Shown in pieces: positions 14,185 to 26,535 of a DNA stretch of 51,809 nt. A program made the translations under genes and the position numbers. The DNA lies in assembly GCA_044892505.1 (NCBI GenBank), contig CM097882.1, positions 202,442,192 through 202,494,000 on the forward strand, read 5' to 3'. Numbering within the stretch: the first letter of the stretch is position 1; the number at the start of each line of letters is the position of its first letter. The notes beneath the pieces are model-generated. The model was not told the DNA's origin. It did no database searches and was given only the letters and a program-made list of their open reading frames with translations. This DNA is from Schmidtea nova (lineage: Eukaryota).

Positions 14185-14826
14185 ATGAAGCGAGAACCGA
14201 CCACCAAATCCATATTGAAATAAACATCCACTAGCGATAAAAATCGGAATACGCTAAGAAAGAACCAGGAGAGAACCACGCGGAGATCGCGAGCTAGTGC
14301 CTCGAGGATAAGGCTCCAAGGAATCGCAGATGTCCCCACGTCAATTATTCAACAGGCGCGTAGACACCTTCGTCTATGGATCCGACGATACATCAACGTC
14401 GCCGCCAAGGTGCCATCCGGTTCCTTTCCAATACAACTCCGGTGGGAAGGAGAGTCGAAGTGGCCAATAGCCGCGAATCGATCGCACAAGACGTCCCCAA
14501 ATTGGTTCCTCCAGATGACCAACGATGCGGGTCAACCCCGATGGATTTTATGTGATGCCACGATAACAGGTCCAGAATTCTTCAAGCTTGGTTACCTACT
14601 CATGGATAGGCCTCGGTGTAGCGACACTGGAGAAATCCAACCCTACCGACATGCACCCGGAAGTATGACATCGGAACAGAACCCGAAACCGGACGAGCTC
14701 AGGCTATGGGAGGTATTCACCTACCAGGACAAACTCGTTTGGGATCCATGCCCTGAACTCTATTTACCAGGTGGCAGAAGGCGAGCGGATCGACGTCTCG
14801 ACCAAGAGATTCGACCCTTCTTCTGA
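14185..14826 (+). pseudogene. LTR-encoded ORF L1, solo-LTR copy (one in-frame TAA at 14221)
   Basis: ATG 14185 is in frame with the tracked ORF 14410-14826. Homologous to 26727-27362 (ARRHLR.W, LQLRWEG, LGYLL.DRPRC, ELRLWEVF.Y.DKL.W). Acceptor TTATTCAG 4 nt upstream. Confidence 0.8.
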
Positions 14827-15052
14827 GAAGGAGTGATTGTAACTACGATCCGATGTAGATGAAATTAACAATAAAATTATTCATTGGTTCTTCTTGTTAT
14901 GACTTGACTGTATGTGAATGACTGAGTATGAAGGAATGATGTGAGAAAGTTCAGGATGGGTAGTGTGTAGTAATCTAAATTTCCGAAGGGTGAAGGGAAG
15001 TACGAATTCATAGTCGAATCATAATTCGAATTACTAATATAATTTATTAGAA

Positions 15053-15613
15053 ATGAGCCTCAATAATATTCACAACTACGAAAAGGAAGCCAAGGAGCAT
15101 AGATCGCGGATTAAAGTATTAGAAAGCCGGCTGCATCAGTTAAACGATGAGTACCAGTGGGTAAAAACGACCTGGTTTAACCCGGAGCGGGTAAAGTCCA
15201 TCTTACAAGCCCGATATAGAGCAGAAAGAATCGCCAAGGAACAGACGAGAGAAGGGGCAGCAGTAAAAATAGAGTTGCACAACTACCTGAAAGACTCCAC
15301 TCAGGAGTTTATCACCCAACAATTGCGCCCACTGATCCGGGATAGCACATTCAACCGATGGGTGGATACGGTTGCTACGACGACAAGTACCCAGACGGAA
15401 ATTGAATCCGGTACTACGACAACCACTCCAGAGATCGTATCGCCACCAGAAGGTTCAAAGAGGACCAAGCGCCGAAATCGCCTCGGGGCGAAAAGACGTC
15501 GCGAGCGTAGGGCTTACGCGGAAAGAATTGGTATTCAGGTAGATTTGCTGAGTGGTTTAACGAAAAGGCAACTGTTGGAGGTGATGAATCCCTCAGTGTT
15601 GTTAAATGAATAA
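15053..15613 (+). CDS. LTR-encoded ORF L2, solo-LTR copy (coiled coil, TQT motif, Arg-rich motif)
   Basis: Intact 186-aa homolog of 25972-26535; branch-like TACTAAT and acceptor TTTATTAG 2 nt before ATG; AATAAA at the stop (15612-15617). Confidence 0.8.
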   Translation: MSLNNIHNYEKEAKEHRSRIKVLESRLHQLNDEYQWVKTTWFNPERVKSILQARYRAERIAKEQTREGAAVKIELHNYLKDSTQEFITQQLRPLIRDSTFNRWVDTVATTTSTQTEIESGTTTTTPEIVSPPEGSKRTKRRNRLGAKRRRERRAYAERIGIQVDLLSGLTKRQLLEVMNPSVLLNE

Positions 15614-15785
15614 TAAATGTTTATTAGTCAGCTGAATTGATTTGATTGTCTGTGGAATGATTGTGCAAACAACGGAAAAATAAATCAAACCGATTCATTT
15701 TATACTACAGGTACCCCGAAATTGAGTTTACCCTAGAATAAATAAGGGAGCGCACGAAAGAGGGACCGAAAGAAATCCACATAAA

Positions 15786-15959
15786 CCTTCTATCGGTAGT
15801 GGTGGACCCGTGAATAAACAAGGGAATAGTACCCGCAAGGTTGCTCACCTGCCTTGTCATTTCACAACGTTGACACAGTACCAACATGATGATTAGTTAT
15901 GGATACATCATGGGTGTCAGCGGGGAGATGTTTTTTATGTTGGCGAGATCACCCTAACG
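15786..15959 (+). ncRNA. Putative structured U5 cis-element (GNRA-capped hairpin plus long hairpin), solo-LTR copy
   Basis: 174 nt with only about 7-8 differences from the reverse complement of 25636-25809, while neighbouring ORFs differ at about half of the silent sites checked. Confidence 0.55.
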
Positions 15960-15998
15960 AATAAAGTCCAAAATAATCTCAGTTGAATAACCAACCAG

Positions 15999-16285
15999 AC
16001 AAATCGGAAATGACTAACTCTAAAAATCTACAAATCAATACATTGGATCACAATCAATCTCGATTAATGGATTATTTGTCAGCACCGGAAATCAATCAAT
16101 ACGGACTGTCATGGAGCCTTCTCATTTCAACTCTTGATATCATTGATCAAGATCTCCGTTTGCGAAAAACCGGCTTATCAATTAGCGATCAATTTCTATT
16201 AATAAAATCTAATTGGTTTTTAGTATTCCTACATATCATTTTATATTTATGGCTTCTGTTCAGGAATTCAGCTAAAAATGATTAA
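15999..16285 (+). pseudogene. Nuclear receptor pseudogene, 3' part (hinge and start of LBD-like region)
   Basis: GLSISDQFLLIKSNWFLVFL matches the LBD signature F..L...DQ..LL...W; rejoining 12918 to 16003 at the shared ACAA restores the frame (...ILIYKSEMTNS...). Confidence 0.65.
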
Positions 16286-19200
16286 ATACTGTGACAGTTA
16301 AATTTAATAAATTCACTACCTTTTTTAAAACCTTAAAAATAAAAACTTAATTTCAAATAAAAATAACGTCATATCATTGCAATTTTCTACGGTAAAATAA
16401 CCAAACATACAAACCATATTTTAATTAAGTCTTTTTGTGATAAACGTTGTTAGTTACGCTGCTATGGAGAGTTTATAAATGTACTTTGTCATCATATGGC
16501 GACACAGAGAAAAGGAATTAAATTAGTCTCATTTTAAAAAAAATAATTAAGTTAATTATATTATATTAGTAATCTTTTATAAAACAACATTAATTTTGGT
16601 GCCAGACTTTAAAAATGTATTTTCATTTTCCAACTAGAATCCAATAAAATGAGTATTAAATTTGTAATATCGTCAAGAGCACATAGATAAAAACAAAATT
16701 ATATAAAGCATTTTAATACTTATTATTTACAGAAAATATTTTAAAATATTAATTTTTGATAAAAGACTAAGACGATCTTTTATATTTATTCAAATTTGAA
16801 GTTATTATTTATTTTATTATTAATATTACCTATCATTTATTGTTTATATAATATTAATTATTTATTAAATAAGAAACTGAAGAATATTTTAGAAATATTT
16901 AATTTTACAAAAAAAAATTTAATAAAGAAGTTACGTGGTGCGGTCAAAAAGTTTCCGGGCTACCCTACTTAACAAATTGATTTTTTAATGGAAATAGGTT
17001 TATTTTATCTGGGTTTATTATATTTAATCATATAGAATTTCATTGAATTACGACTTTACACTTAGTGCTAAGAATGGTGAATTGCGTTAGGTATCTAACA
17101 TTAAGTTTCTATAGTAACGAATGTTGCCTATCAGTCATTAGACAATATTCCCCCAACTCGTCCAACCTTATTCCAGCATATGTACCTGTTGGACAAAAAT
17201 TAAACCCAAGGGATTTTTTTTGTTGAGGTTCCCAGAATCTCTATTTGATGATCTTATATAAATAAATAAGATAACACTGTTTCGTACTAAATTTTTATTA
17301 AATAACAAAATGATAATTACAATAAATCAAAATCAAACTTCTTTTCAATCAAAATTTGTTTGTGTGTAAATGTGTTGTGAATGTAATATGTGAATGCTGC
17401 TCTTAGCTCGATTTACTGTATGCTCTAATTTCATATTATAGCCGATAACAACTATAAGATTTTTTTGCGATATAGAGATTTTTTGGGTGGTTTGACTAAG
17501 AAAAACTATGGTTTATATAGTTATTTTTTGTGGTCCTTAACTTCAAGTGATAAGAGTTGTTAACTGTCCATAATATTGTTTTTTTGAACAACAAATTTCT
17601 ATTTTCAAAAGTTCAAACAACAATTACTATTTTTACAGTCATCTTTATTCCCAGCATCCTCGAGGTTAAAAATACATTAATATATAGTGGGTTGGTACCT
17701 ATAAGTAGGTAAAAGTGTGGAGCAGGAAACAATTTTTTCAAGCCATTTATCCCTAAACTGTCTAATATTACATAATGATTATAAATTTACCCCGTCCGAA
17801 ATAACGTAATACTTTATATATATTTCGTAATTTTACCAAATTTAAAAAATTATTACATAACAATTTTCATTGAATAATTCATGACGTAATACTGAAATTT
17901 ATTAATTTTTATTTATTTTTTCATAATTTTTACAAAATATATAAAATAAATTAATTTTTTCAACATTTTTTCCAAAACTTTCAAAAATGCTCAAATTTCA
18001 ATAATTTTTATACTAATCTACTGAGAATTCAGTGGCGAACAAAAAAGCACAAAAAATGAAAACATAAAAAATTGGTCTCATCCGACCAAATTTTACACGT
18101 AAAAAAGGGTCAAGTCGGGGAAATTCAAAAATTCAAAAATTTATCAGAAATTAATAATTTTTATACTAATCTACTAAGAATTGAAAGGCAAACAATAATT
18201 GTTTAAAAAACCTGAAATTTTTCAAAAAACATAAATTTTTAAAATACAAAAAGTGAACATTTATCAACATTTATTAATAAATACACACATATACTACATC
18301 AATGTTATTTATGCAATTCTATCTATGCAATTCTAGCGCTTTTTATTTTCCAAATTGGATACATTGATTCTTTTGTATCGATTTTATATCCTTGGATGTA
18401 TATATCAATAAACCAATTTTCATTATCCTTAAATTCAACTGATTGAAATGCATCATGAAATTCGGTGTTCCTGTTGTTGATGAATATTGTTTCATTGCAA
18501 GATAATTTCTTGTTGATTTTCGTCAACACTTTATTGATTGCAACAACATATTTATAAATCTGACCAATCAAGTTGGAATATTGCGAAGTCGAAAGCTTTA
18601 CTGGATTTGGGACCTTGAAAAATATTTCGTTTACCTAGAGAAACATTTGGTAATCGTGAAACATCTGAACCGGTCGCAAATCAAATTTGTTTTGAATTGA
18701 TTTGTTATCGCTCCTAACTGGTTTCATTTTAATTGGACTCTATTTGATGAAAATATTTTGCATTTTATGAACAACACTATTTTTTTCTATTATTTATACT
18801 CGTCAACGTCTGTGTGCAGCCAATCAAATTCTTGCACATGTCTTGCAAATCGATTTCACATGTATTAATAATTGAGTTTGTATGCAAGTTGGCGATTATC
18901 TATCTACCGCAATTTCTTTCTATTGTAAGTTATTTACATATCAANNNNNNNNNNNNNNNNNNNNNNNNNNNNNNNNNNNNNNNNNNNNNNNNNNNNNNNN
19001 NNNNNNNNNNNNNNNNNNNNNNNNNNNNNNNNNNNNNNNNNNNNNNNNNNNNNNNNNNNNNNNNNNNNNNNNNNNNNNNNNNNNNNNNNNNNNNNNNNNN
19101 NNNNNNNNNNNNNNNNNNNNNNNNNNNNNNNNNNNNNNNNNNNNNNNNNNNNNNNNNNNNNNNNNNNNNNNNNNNNNNNNNNNNNNNNNNNNNNNNNNNN

Positions 19201-19468
19201 NNNNNNNNNNNNNNNNNNNNNNNNNNNNNNNNNNNNNNNNNNNNNNNNNNNNNNNNNNNNNNNNNNNNNNNNNNNNNNNNNNNNNNACACATAAAAATCA
19301 ACAAAATTAAAAACTAATTTTTTTTGATAAAAATTAATAAAATAACAAAGAGCCGTCTATATTATCAAATTGGACATGCAAGTCCCTCGGCATTTCCCCA
19401 ATTATCTACGACATTGTATCGTCGTTTATGGGCAACATTATGTTATTGACATTAGCCCATTTCAGATT

Positions 19469-19973
19469 TTCGGCATCTGGCCATTTGGCATCTGGCCATT
19501 CGGCATCTGGCCATTCGGCATCTGGCCATTCGGCATCTGGCCATTTGGCATCTGGCCATTCGGCATCTTGCCATTTGGCATCTGGCCATTCGGCATCTGG
19601 CCATTCGGCATCTGGCCATTCGGCATCTGACCATTCGGCATCTGGCCATTCGGCATCTGGCCATTCGGCATCTGGCCATTCGGCATCTGGCCATTCGGCA
19701 TCTGGCCATTCGGCATCTGGCCATTCGGCATCTGGCCATTCGGCATCTGGCCATTCGGCATCTGGCCATTCGGCATCTGGCCATTCGGCATCTGGCCATT
19801 CGGCATCTGGCCATTCGGCATCTGGCCATTCGGCATCTGGCCATTCGGCATCTGGCCATTCGGCATCTGGCCATTCGGCATCTGGCCATTCGGCATCTGG
19901 CCATTCGGCATCTGGCCATTCGGCATCTGACTATTTGTCATCTGGCCATTCTATATCTGGCCATTTGGCATCT
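19469..19973. repeat. 15-bp minisatellite (CGGCATCTGGCCATT)n, ~33-34 copies
   Basis: Directly visible tandem array with few variants (TTGG, CTGA, CTTG). Confidence 0.95.
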
Positions 19974-21403
19974 TAACTTATGCTCGTTTATATTCTTCGA
20001 TTTCTTTAACTATCATTTTCATTGTTGATATATCTTTACAGCTTCTTGGCTGCCGTGCCATATTATTTTGTTGGGCTATCCCGGAAAAGGCTAAACGAAG
20101 GAATGACCCTGGTATTTGCAAATGCTGCTTGATATTCTTCAAGTATCTCGATGACTAATTCCCTGGGAACGGTCTTAAGTGACATAGTCACAATTAAGTG
20201 ATTGTTATAAATCTTAGGGTGCGTGGCGTTCTGGGTTGATGGGGCGGACTCTCCTTTCACTCCCTGGAACCGGAAAGATTGATCGTTCATGATATAATCT
20301 AGGTTAACAAATAATGATATACATATACATGAATATTTGTTGTTGCTTTTTAATTTTTATTTATGTTATACTTGTTAATTTAATTTTGAGTGAATTTTCT
20401 GAACATTTAAGCTAACAATTACAATAATTTGCATTAACCATCATCGGGAGAAACATATAAACAAATTAAAATTGTATTTAATAATGGAAATTAGTATTGT
20501 TATTATCATACATGCAGTAGATTTTCCCCATTGTCATTTCCCACGCTAAAACAAAATTTGTTTAATGGATTGCTCCTGGTCTCCCTAATTATGGAAGCTG
20601 CTCGCTCTACCTGTCATCCCATAATTTCATCTCTCCGCTTAGTGATAACTACATTTACTCAACACAAGGGAATTCTTTTCGAGACGGTTCTTTAACAATT
20701 AATTGCTGTAATTTAATCTATCAAAACTTAGGAATCTTTTATGGTTAGCCACGGATCTATAAACGCAGTTTATAATTTTTCCAGTTATAAACTGATTACG
20801 TCACTACACAGGAATGGGTAAATTTATATGACTGAAAATTTCCCTGACTATCGGGATTAGTGTTGATATCTCGGACTGATTCACAGACGAAAACTGCTGA
20901 TATCGTTCATTATTTCTACTAGTTTTAAAAAAATATCGTCACTATTATTTTATGATAGGATTACAGACGATAATGAATTGCTCAAATCATTAAATGGAAC
21001 TGCCGACTCTAAGATTATCACTTGGATATTATTGGTATTAAATTTTTATACTATCACCCTCTATCATCAATTGTCATTTAAAGGGGAACTACTGACGTTG
21101 GTAATTACGTGGGTCACTTGTACTAGTAACCGAATTCAGATGTATTTTTATAACCGATCACGAGATAGAAGAACCCCTGACACCGCAGTATTCTAACATT
21201 CGCTGCACAATCGTGTTATTATTTTACTATATTGTCCTTAAGTAGTTCCCCCATCTCTCCCGCGCTTGCGGCGCGAAATTGAGGGCTGAACTCCAGGCCG
21301 TCCTGACTCTCAAGGCAACGTTCCTAAGCATAAGTTAAAACCAAACAAAAACAAAATCTAAACCATATTATAAGCATAAATATTTATTGACAAAACTAAA
21401 ATT

Positions 21404-21618
21404 ACTTACATAGCTTTTCCAAATGAATCGAACAAGAATTTCACAAAGTACAAGTTTAATTTTGAATAATGCTGCTACTACAAATGATGTGATAAAAAGA
21501 TAAGAAATGTTAACAAAAATATGCTCAAAGTTGATGATTGAAAAACACTGCTAATAACAATGCTGCTCCTACTGACTTGCGCCCTTTATATACTAATTTT
21601 GGCGCTTAAGCAGCCAAT
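21404..21618 (-). promoter_or_regulatory. Isolated LTR-like promoter with leader exon and donor
   Basis: Minus strand: ATTGG (21614-21618), TATATAAA (21585-21592), TCAGT (21571-21575), then GTAAGT donor (21404-21409). Confidence 0.4.
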
Positions 21619-23465
21619 CAAAATCGATTTAGCTTTTTTATTGGTTAACTAAACCGATTTTTTATTTAATTTAATATTGTTTATTTTCTATTAATTATTT
21701 CTTTTCTTTTTGTTAATATTTCCTCTTTTAATTTATTAATTGATTTATTTCCTATTTCATTCTTTTTCTTTTAGTTTCATGTTACATTCTCAGTTTTAAT
21801 TGTTTTAATTTTCTCTTTCCAGTTATTATTATTTTCTTAATTCTTTAGGATTTTTGATTTTTACTTTCTTTTATTGTTTCTCTTTCCCAATTAATTATAT
21901 AATTGTTTAATTATTATTCTATTATTCAGCCTTTCTATCGCCTGTGCCAACCCAACACCTGCAATTTCCCATAATTTAAAGGGTTATGACCTGCACCATA
22001 TTTTTAAACACGACTTAAAAGATTTTAAAACATAGAAAATCTTTGTAATTTCAATAGCCAGTGAAAATTTTTTGACATTGTTAATTCTTGACCTTTAAAT
22101 CCATCGACTCTTTTTAGTTTGTACTAGTGTGTTACCCGTCAAAAAAGACGGAATTTTTAGAAATAAATATATTTCAGCTGTATAATAAAAATATTTCTAA
22201 AAACACTGTCATGTAGAAAACATTCATTATAATTGGGAATGAGATAATACGTACTTCACACCATTGAAAAGCTTTTGAAAAGATCTTTAAAACACTTTTT
22301 GTTTGGGCTTTCTATCTTAAAAAATGAAAAGGTTATGAGTTAGCGAAAACAGCGTTACACACAAACAAACAAANNNNNNNNNNNNNNNNNNNNNNNNNNN
22401 NNNNNNNNNNNNNNNNNNNNNNNNNNNNNNNNNNNNNNNNNNNNNNNNNNNNNNNNNNNNNNNNNNNNNNNNNNNNNNNNNNNNNNNNNNNNNNNNNNNN
22501 NNNNNNCTATTTATGTTACGTATGTGTGTTTAAGGTTATATTCTGTTTTGTGACTCTAGAAGAATGTAAGAGCCCGAGAGAGTCTGGCGTTAACTGTGTA
22601 CCGACACTCGGGGTGTATGCTTTGTAGTGCTAGAGTGTATACAATAAAATAAGACAACCAATAATGAAATAAATTAATTATTAACGCTAAACACAACTAT
22701 TATCACCAATGTCAAATACGCAATTTTACAAAAGTTACTTTAGGGGGATTATAGAGTTTCGGAGTGATCAGGTGGATTTGAATACGTTTCTGTTCGTTTT
22801 CAGGTTTGGAGTATTTTTTCCTGATAGATCAACTAAATTAATTTTTTTATTTGAGGAATATAGTTGGGAAATAGAGGTTGGGGATTTTTATTTTTTAGGT
22901 ATTTCAATTTTAAGTTTCTAAAATCTGAGTAACAGTAGTAGGTATGTTCCCAAAGATCCAAGAACTAATTTCTAGTTTAAAATTCTCTTGAAATATTGAG
23001 AATTTCAAAATCTCAGTATGATATAATCTCCGTTATCCAATTCTCGGTTTTTTTAAATCTCTCCTAGTTTATTTGTTTAATTTTTTCCCATTTGATAATC
23101 AATCTGTTTATTGATTATTTTTAGCTTATATAGTTTCCTATAGTAAGCTATTTGAATTTAATAATTCAAATTTTATTTAAATAATTTTATAATTTTTATT
23201 ATATGTAATACTTTAGGATATTTATCATTATTAAAATATTAATAGCATCTATCTATATGATATAAATACATTTTATTATATACATACTTACATGAATGAA
23301 TAATTCAATATTAACAACGTTAAATAACATAGAACAATAAGTCACATGCGACAGACAGACAGAGACAGTCGCGAATTAGTATTATAGATATTAAGACACT
23401 GTTAAGACACTGTTAAGACACTTACTTCTTTACCCTTGACTCAATCTGAATTCACAGGGACCATT

Positions 23466-23870
23466 ATTGATTGTAAGGATATTTTTCCATATAATTTTGC
23501 AACGTCTTTAGAGATTCTTAATGAAACTTATGAATTACCGCCAAAATGGGTAGGTGTTAGTCAAGCTGAATGTGACAAAACTGGCATTTGAAGGGAATCC
23601 CAGTGTTAAACCTTTTGTAACAATATGATGGACTACCTTAAACTCGATGTCTTTCTTTTTACCAATTTTTTAGCAGTTTAAGGCAAAATCCAAAGCACAC
23701 AAAAGGTTAGAAACTCTGATTTTTTTGGGATTCCATGTATGCCGTGGTCTTCTGCACTTATTACCTTGGATAAGCCTATTGAATTGCTTCAGGATGTGGA
23801 GATATATAATTTTTACGAAAGGAGGATCCGGGGCGGTTTGACATTTGTCAACGAGCATCATATAGTGTCC
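23466..23870 (+). pseudogene. Protein-primed family B DNA polymerase fragment (Polinton/Maverick-like)
   Basis: KDIFPYNFATSLEILNETYELPP..., DYLKLDVFLL, PWSSALITLDKPIELLQDVEIYNFYERRIRGGLTFV match the conserved KGVFPYEY / YLKTDVLLL / ELLTD...RGIRGG blocks; contains stops and a frameshift. Confidence 0.75.
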
Positions 23871-25635
23871 TCTAAAACGACTGAATTACTTTACAATGAA
23901 TGGATTATAAATCAGAATAAATTAAATAAATCAATTAATTTAATGGATACCAATTTGACTATTTTATTTTAGAGATCCGTAAATCAATAGTCAGCATAAT
24001 AGTCAGTAAGAATTATCAGCTTTTTACTCACAAAAAGTCTAAAATAACATTTACTAATTTAGATGACAGTAGACTTCGGATAGGTAACAATGAGAACCTG
24101 GCTAATGTCAATTATAGCGTTATTGATATGATTATAAAGGTGCGTGATAATGCTGTTGATGAAGCTGAAGAAGATGTTAACGAAAATGCCGAATATTTTA
24201 GTTATATTAAAATTTATTTTAAAATTTTGTGTTACTTCGAAGATTTTTTTGTTTTTGTCGGAGAAGAGCAGTTTTTGATATAATTTGTTTTTTAGGTGTT
24301 TCTTTTGGTAATTCGATTGTTAACTTTTAACTTTGGGATTATTTTTACATTTTACATCTTTTCTGTACTCGAGTTTTAGAGCATTTTCAAAGTATGTGGC
24401 ATTTCACCCATGACTTTTGAAAAATTAAACGAGTATAGAACACAAATCAAAAGAAGAAAAATAATAATCCGTCAGTTCTTCCGGTATTCTTTGAAAGTTT
24501 GTCTAGGAAAAAGTTTGTATTTAATTTTTATAATTCTAAATGTATAGAGTTTTATATTGTCAAATTAGTATTTCGATTTAATGATGAGGTTTACACTCGT
24601 GCTGATTCCTTTTCTTATTCTATTGTTTATGAATTAATTGATGTGATTGATGGCGATTCTAAGTATTCTGTATTGTTCTTTGCTCTGTTCTCGTTTATAT
24701 TTTCAAACGTCATGGGTAAAGACTGCCTGTCTTCTATCTATTCGAGTTTCAGAACGGAGTCAATTAATGGGATTTAGCGTTGTTTTCAGTCATATCGATG
24801 TTTGTGAATATGTGAGTGTGAGAGTTTTGAGCCCGTGTGTTTGCCTCATTTTTTGCGGTTTAAGTAAATTAACTGATGTGGTTGTTGATGATGTTTATTT
24901 TCTTCTTTTAATTTGTGTTCTATACTCGTTTAATTTTTCAAATGTCATGGGCGTAATGCCACATACTTTGGACAAGACTGACCGTCTTTTCTGTACTCGA
25001 GTTTTAGAACATTTTCAATTGGGGATTATGGATTTCGTTTTCAATCATTCTGTTGTTTATAAATATGGAAATATTTATAATATATTCTTAAAAAATATAT
25101 TTTTTTGTATAAAAATAAAATAATATTATATTTTTAAGATTAATTTATTTAAATTAAAAAATTTTAATCGATTAAAATTTTTTGAATAATATAGAATTTA
25201 AAATTTATATTTTATTTTAAAAATTAATACTAATACGTTTGAATAATCGATTTATATTTGAATGTAAGATTGGGTAGCACCTGATGAAGAGAATTAAGTT
25301 CCCAAAATATATTGTGCAAAATATATATTTGGATTGGCGTTTGTTTTTAATTATTTTAGTGCCATGCTAGTTGTGTTACGTATTAAATATTTTATAGTTA
25401 GAATAAAAAAATAATAATAAAAGAAATTCATTTTGAATAAATATGTCAAAATATAAAGCTAGCGACCAATATTGTAAACAAGTTTAAAACAGTCAGAAAT
25501 ACAATATCATTTTCAAATGCGAATTTAACATTTTAATAAGATTAGGAAATTCGACGAAATTCTAAGAATTAAGAGTTACATTATCTGTGCTGGTGTGTTG
25601 GTTAGATTGACAACTGAGATCCTTATGATTTTATA

Positions 25636-25809
25636 CGTTAGGGTGATCTCGCCAACATAAAAACATTTTCCCCGCTGACACCCATGATGTATCCCTAACT
25701 ACTCATCATGTTGGTGCTGTGTCAACGTTGTGAAATGACAAGGCAGGTGAGCAACCTTTCGGCTACTATTCCCTTGTTTATTCACGGGTCCACCACTACC
25801 GATAGAAGG
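25636..25809 (-). ncRNA. Putative structured U5 cis-element
   Basis: Sense RNA folds by eye into GUGAA/UUCAC - ACAAGG/CCUUGU - GUAGCC-GAAA-GGUUGC and CGUUGACAC/GUGUCAGCG - CAUGAUG/CAUCAUG. Confidence 0.55.
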
Positions 25810-25971
25810 TGTCTGTGGCTTTCTTTCGGTCCCACTTATGCTCTTTACTTTGCTCTAGGGTAATTTACTTTTTTGGATATCTGCAGCTTTAAATGAACCA
25901 GGTTTTCATTACTTTTAATTCTCATACATACTTCAAACAAACAAGACAAATCAAATCATTCATTTATACAT

Positions 25972-26535
25972 TTATTTGTAGTTCAACAATACAGAGGGTC
26001 GGATTACATTTAGTAGTTCTTGCTCAGATAGACCACTGAGCAAGTCTACCTCTATTCCGAGACGATCTGCATATGCGCGTCTTTCCCTGCGCTTTTTCGC
26101 TCCTAAGCGATTCCTCCTCTTTGTGCGTTGTGAGCCTGCGGGAATTGTATTTGTCACTGTAGTAGCCGTGGCTATGGTCGATGCATTCTCTGTTTGGGTG
26201 CTCGTAGTCACCGCTATCGTATCTATCCATCGATTAAAGGGGCTCGCTCTGATCACGGGGCGTAGTTGTTCGGTGATGAAGTCGCGGGTCGATACCTTCA
26301 AATAATTCGCCAACTCCAATTTCAGGGCTGCAATCTCTCTGGCATGTTCCTCAGCTACTCGTTCTGCCCTGTACCTAGCCTGCAGGATGGACTTAACCCG
26401 CTCTGGATTAAACCATGTCGTTTTAACCCGCTGATGCTCCTCATTCAGCTGCCTTAATCGATTCTCCAGCACCCGTGCGCGCGCCTTGTGTTCTCGCGCC
26501 TCTTGCTTGAAGTCTCTGCCCTTGGGTTCCGTCAT
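25972..26535 (-). CDS. LTR-encoded ORF L2, 187 aa: coiled coil, TSTQTE (LC8-type motif), Arg-rich motif, Leu-rich C-terminus
   Basis: Intact; 23-aa block VKTTWFNPERVKSILQARYRAER is identical to the solo copy with 12 synonymous codon differences; AATAAA overlaps the stop (25971-25976). Confidence 0.85.
   Translation of the reverse strand: MTEPKGRDFKQEAREHKARARVLENRLRQLNEEHQRVKTTWFNPERVKSILQARYRAERVAEEHAREIAALKLELANYLKVSTRDFITEQLRPVIRASPFNRWIDTIAVTTSTQTENASTIATATTVTNTIPAGSQRTKRRNRLGAKKRRERRAYADRLGIEVDLLSGLSEQELLNVIRPSVLLNYK

Larger units (their letters stand above)
12920..16001 (+). mobile_element. Solo LTR (~3.08 kb) of a sister family of the giant Gypsy element
   Basis: Starts TGTTGGGCCAG like the big LTR and is colinear with the reverse complement of 25588-28838 (GC box, promoter, two ORFs, U5 block). 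Neither flank shows internal sequence or a PBS. The 3' edge (CCAGACA) and TSD are not clean. Confidence 0.85.

Noticed and set aside
12915-16006. Clean target-site duplication around the solo LTR
   Set aside because: Candidates (AAT/AAT, ACAA/ACAA, ACAAT/ACAAA) each conflict with a TG...CA boundary; left unresolved.
16932-16960. Mariner-like TIR (TA CGTGGTGCGGTCAAAAAGTTTCCGG)
   Set aside because: No matching second TIR or transposase sequence found.
4145-19317. ORFs running through X stretches
   Set aside because: Artefacts of N gaps (4164-4431, 6431-6696, 18945-19286).
19370-19976. ORFs encoding (MPNGQ)n, (HSASG)n, (ARCRM)n, (GIWPF)n
   Set aside because: By-products of a stop-free 15-bp minisatellite that is open in several frames.
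22122-23390. Lep1/DINE-like non-autonomous Helitron ends (ACTAGT...CCGTC-A6-GACGG; CAGA repeats then ATTAGTATTATAGAT)
   Set aside because: Suggestive only; split by an N gap and boundaries cannot be paired.
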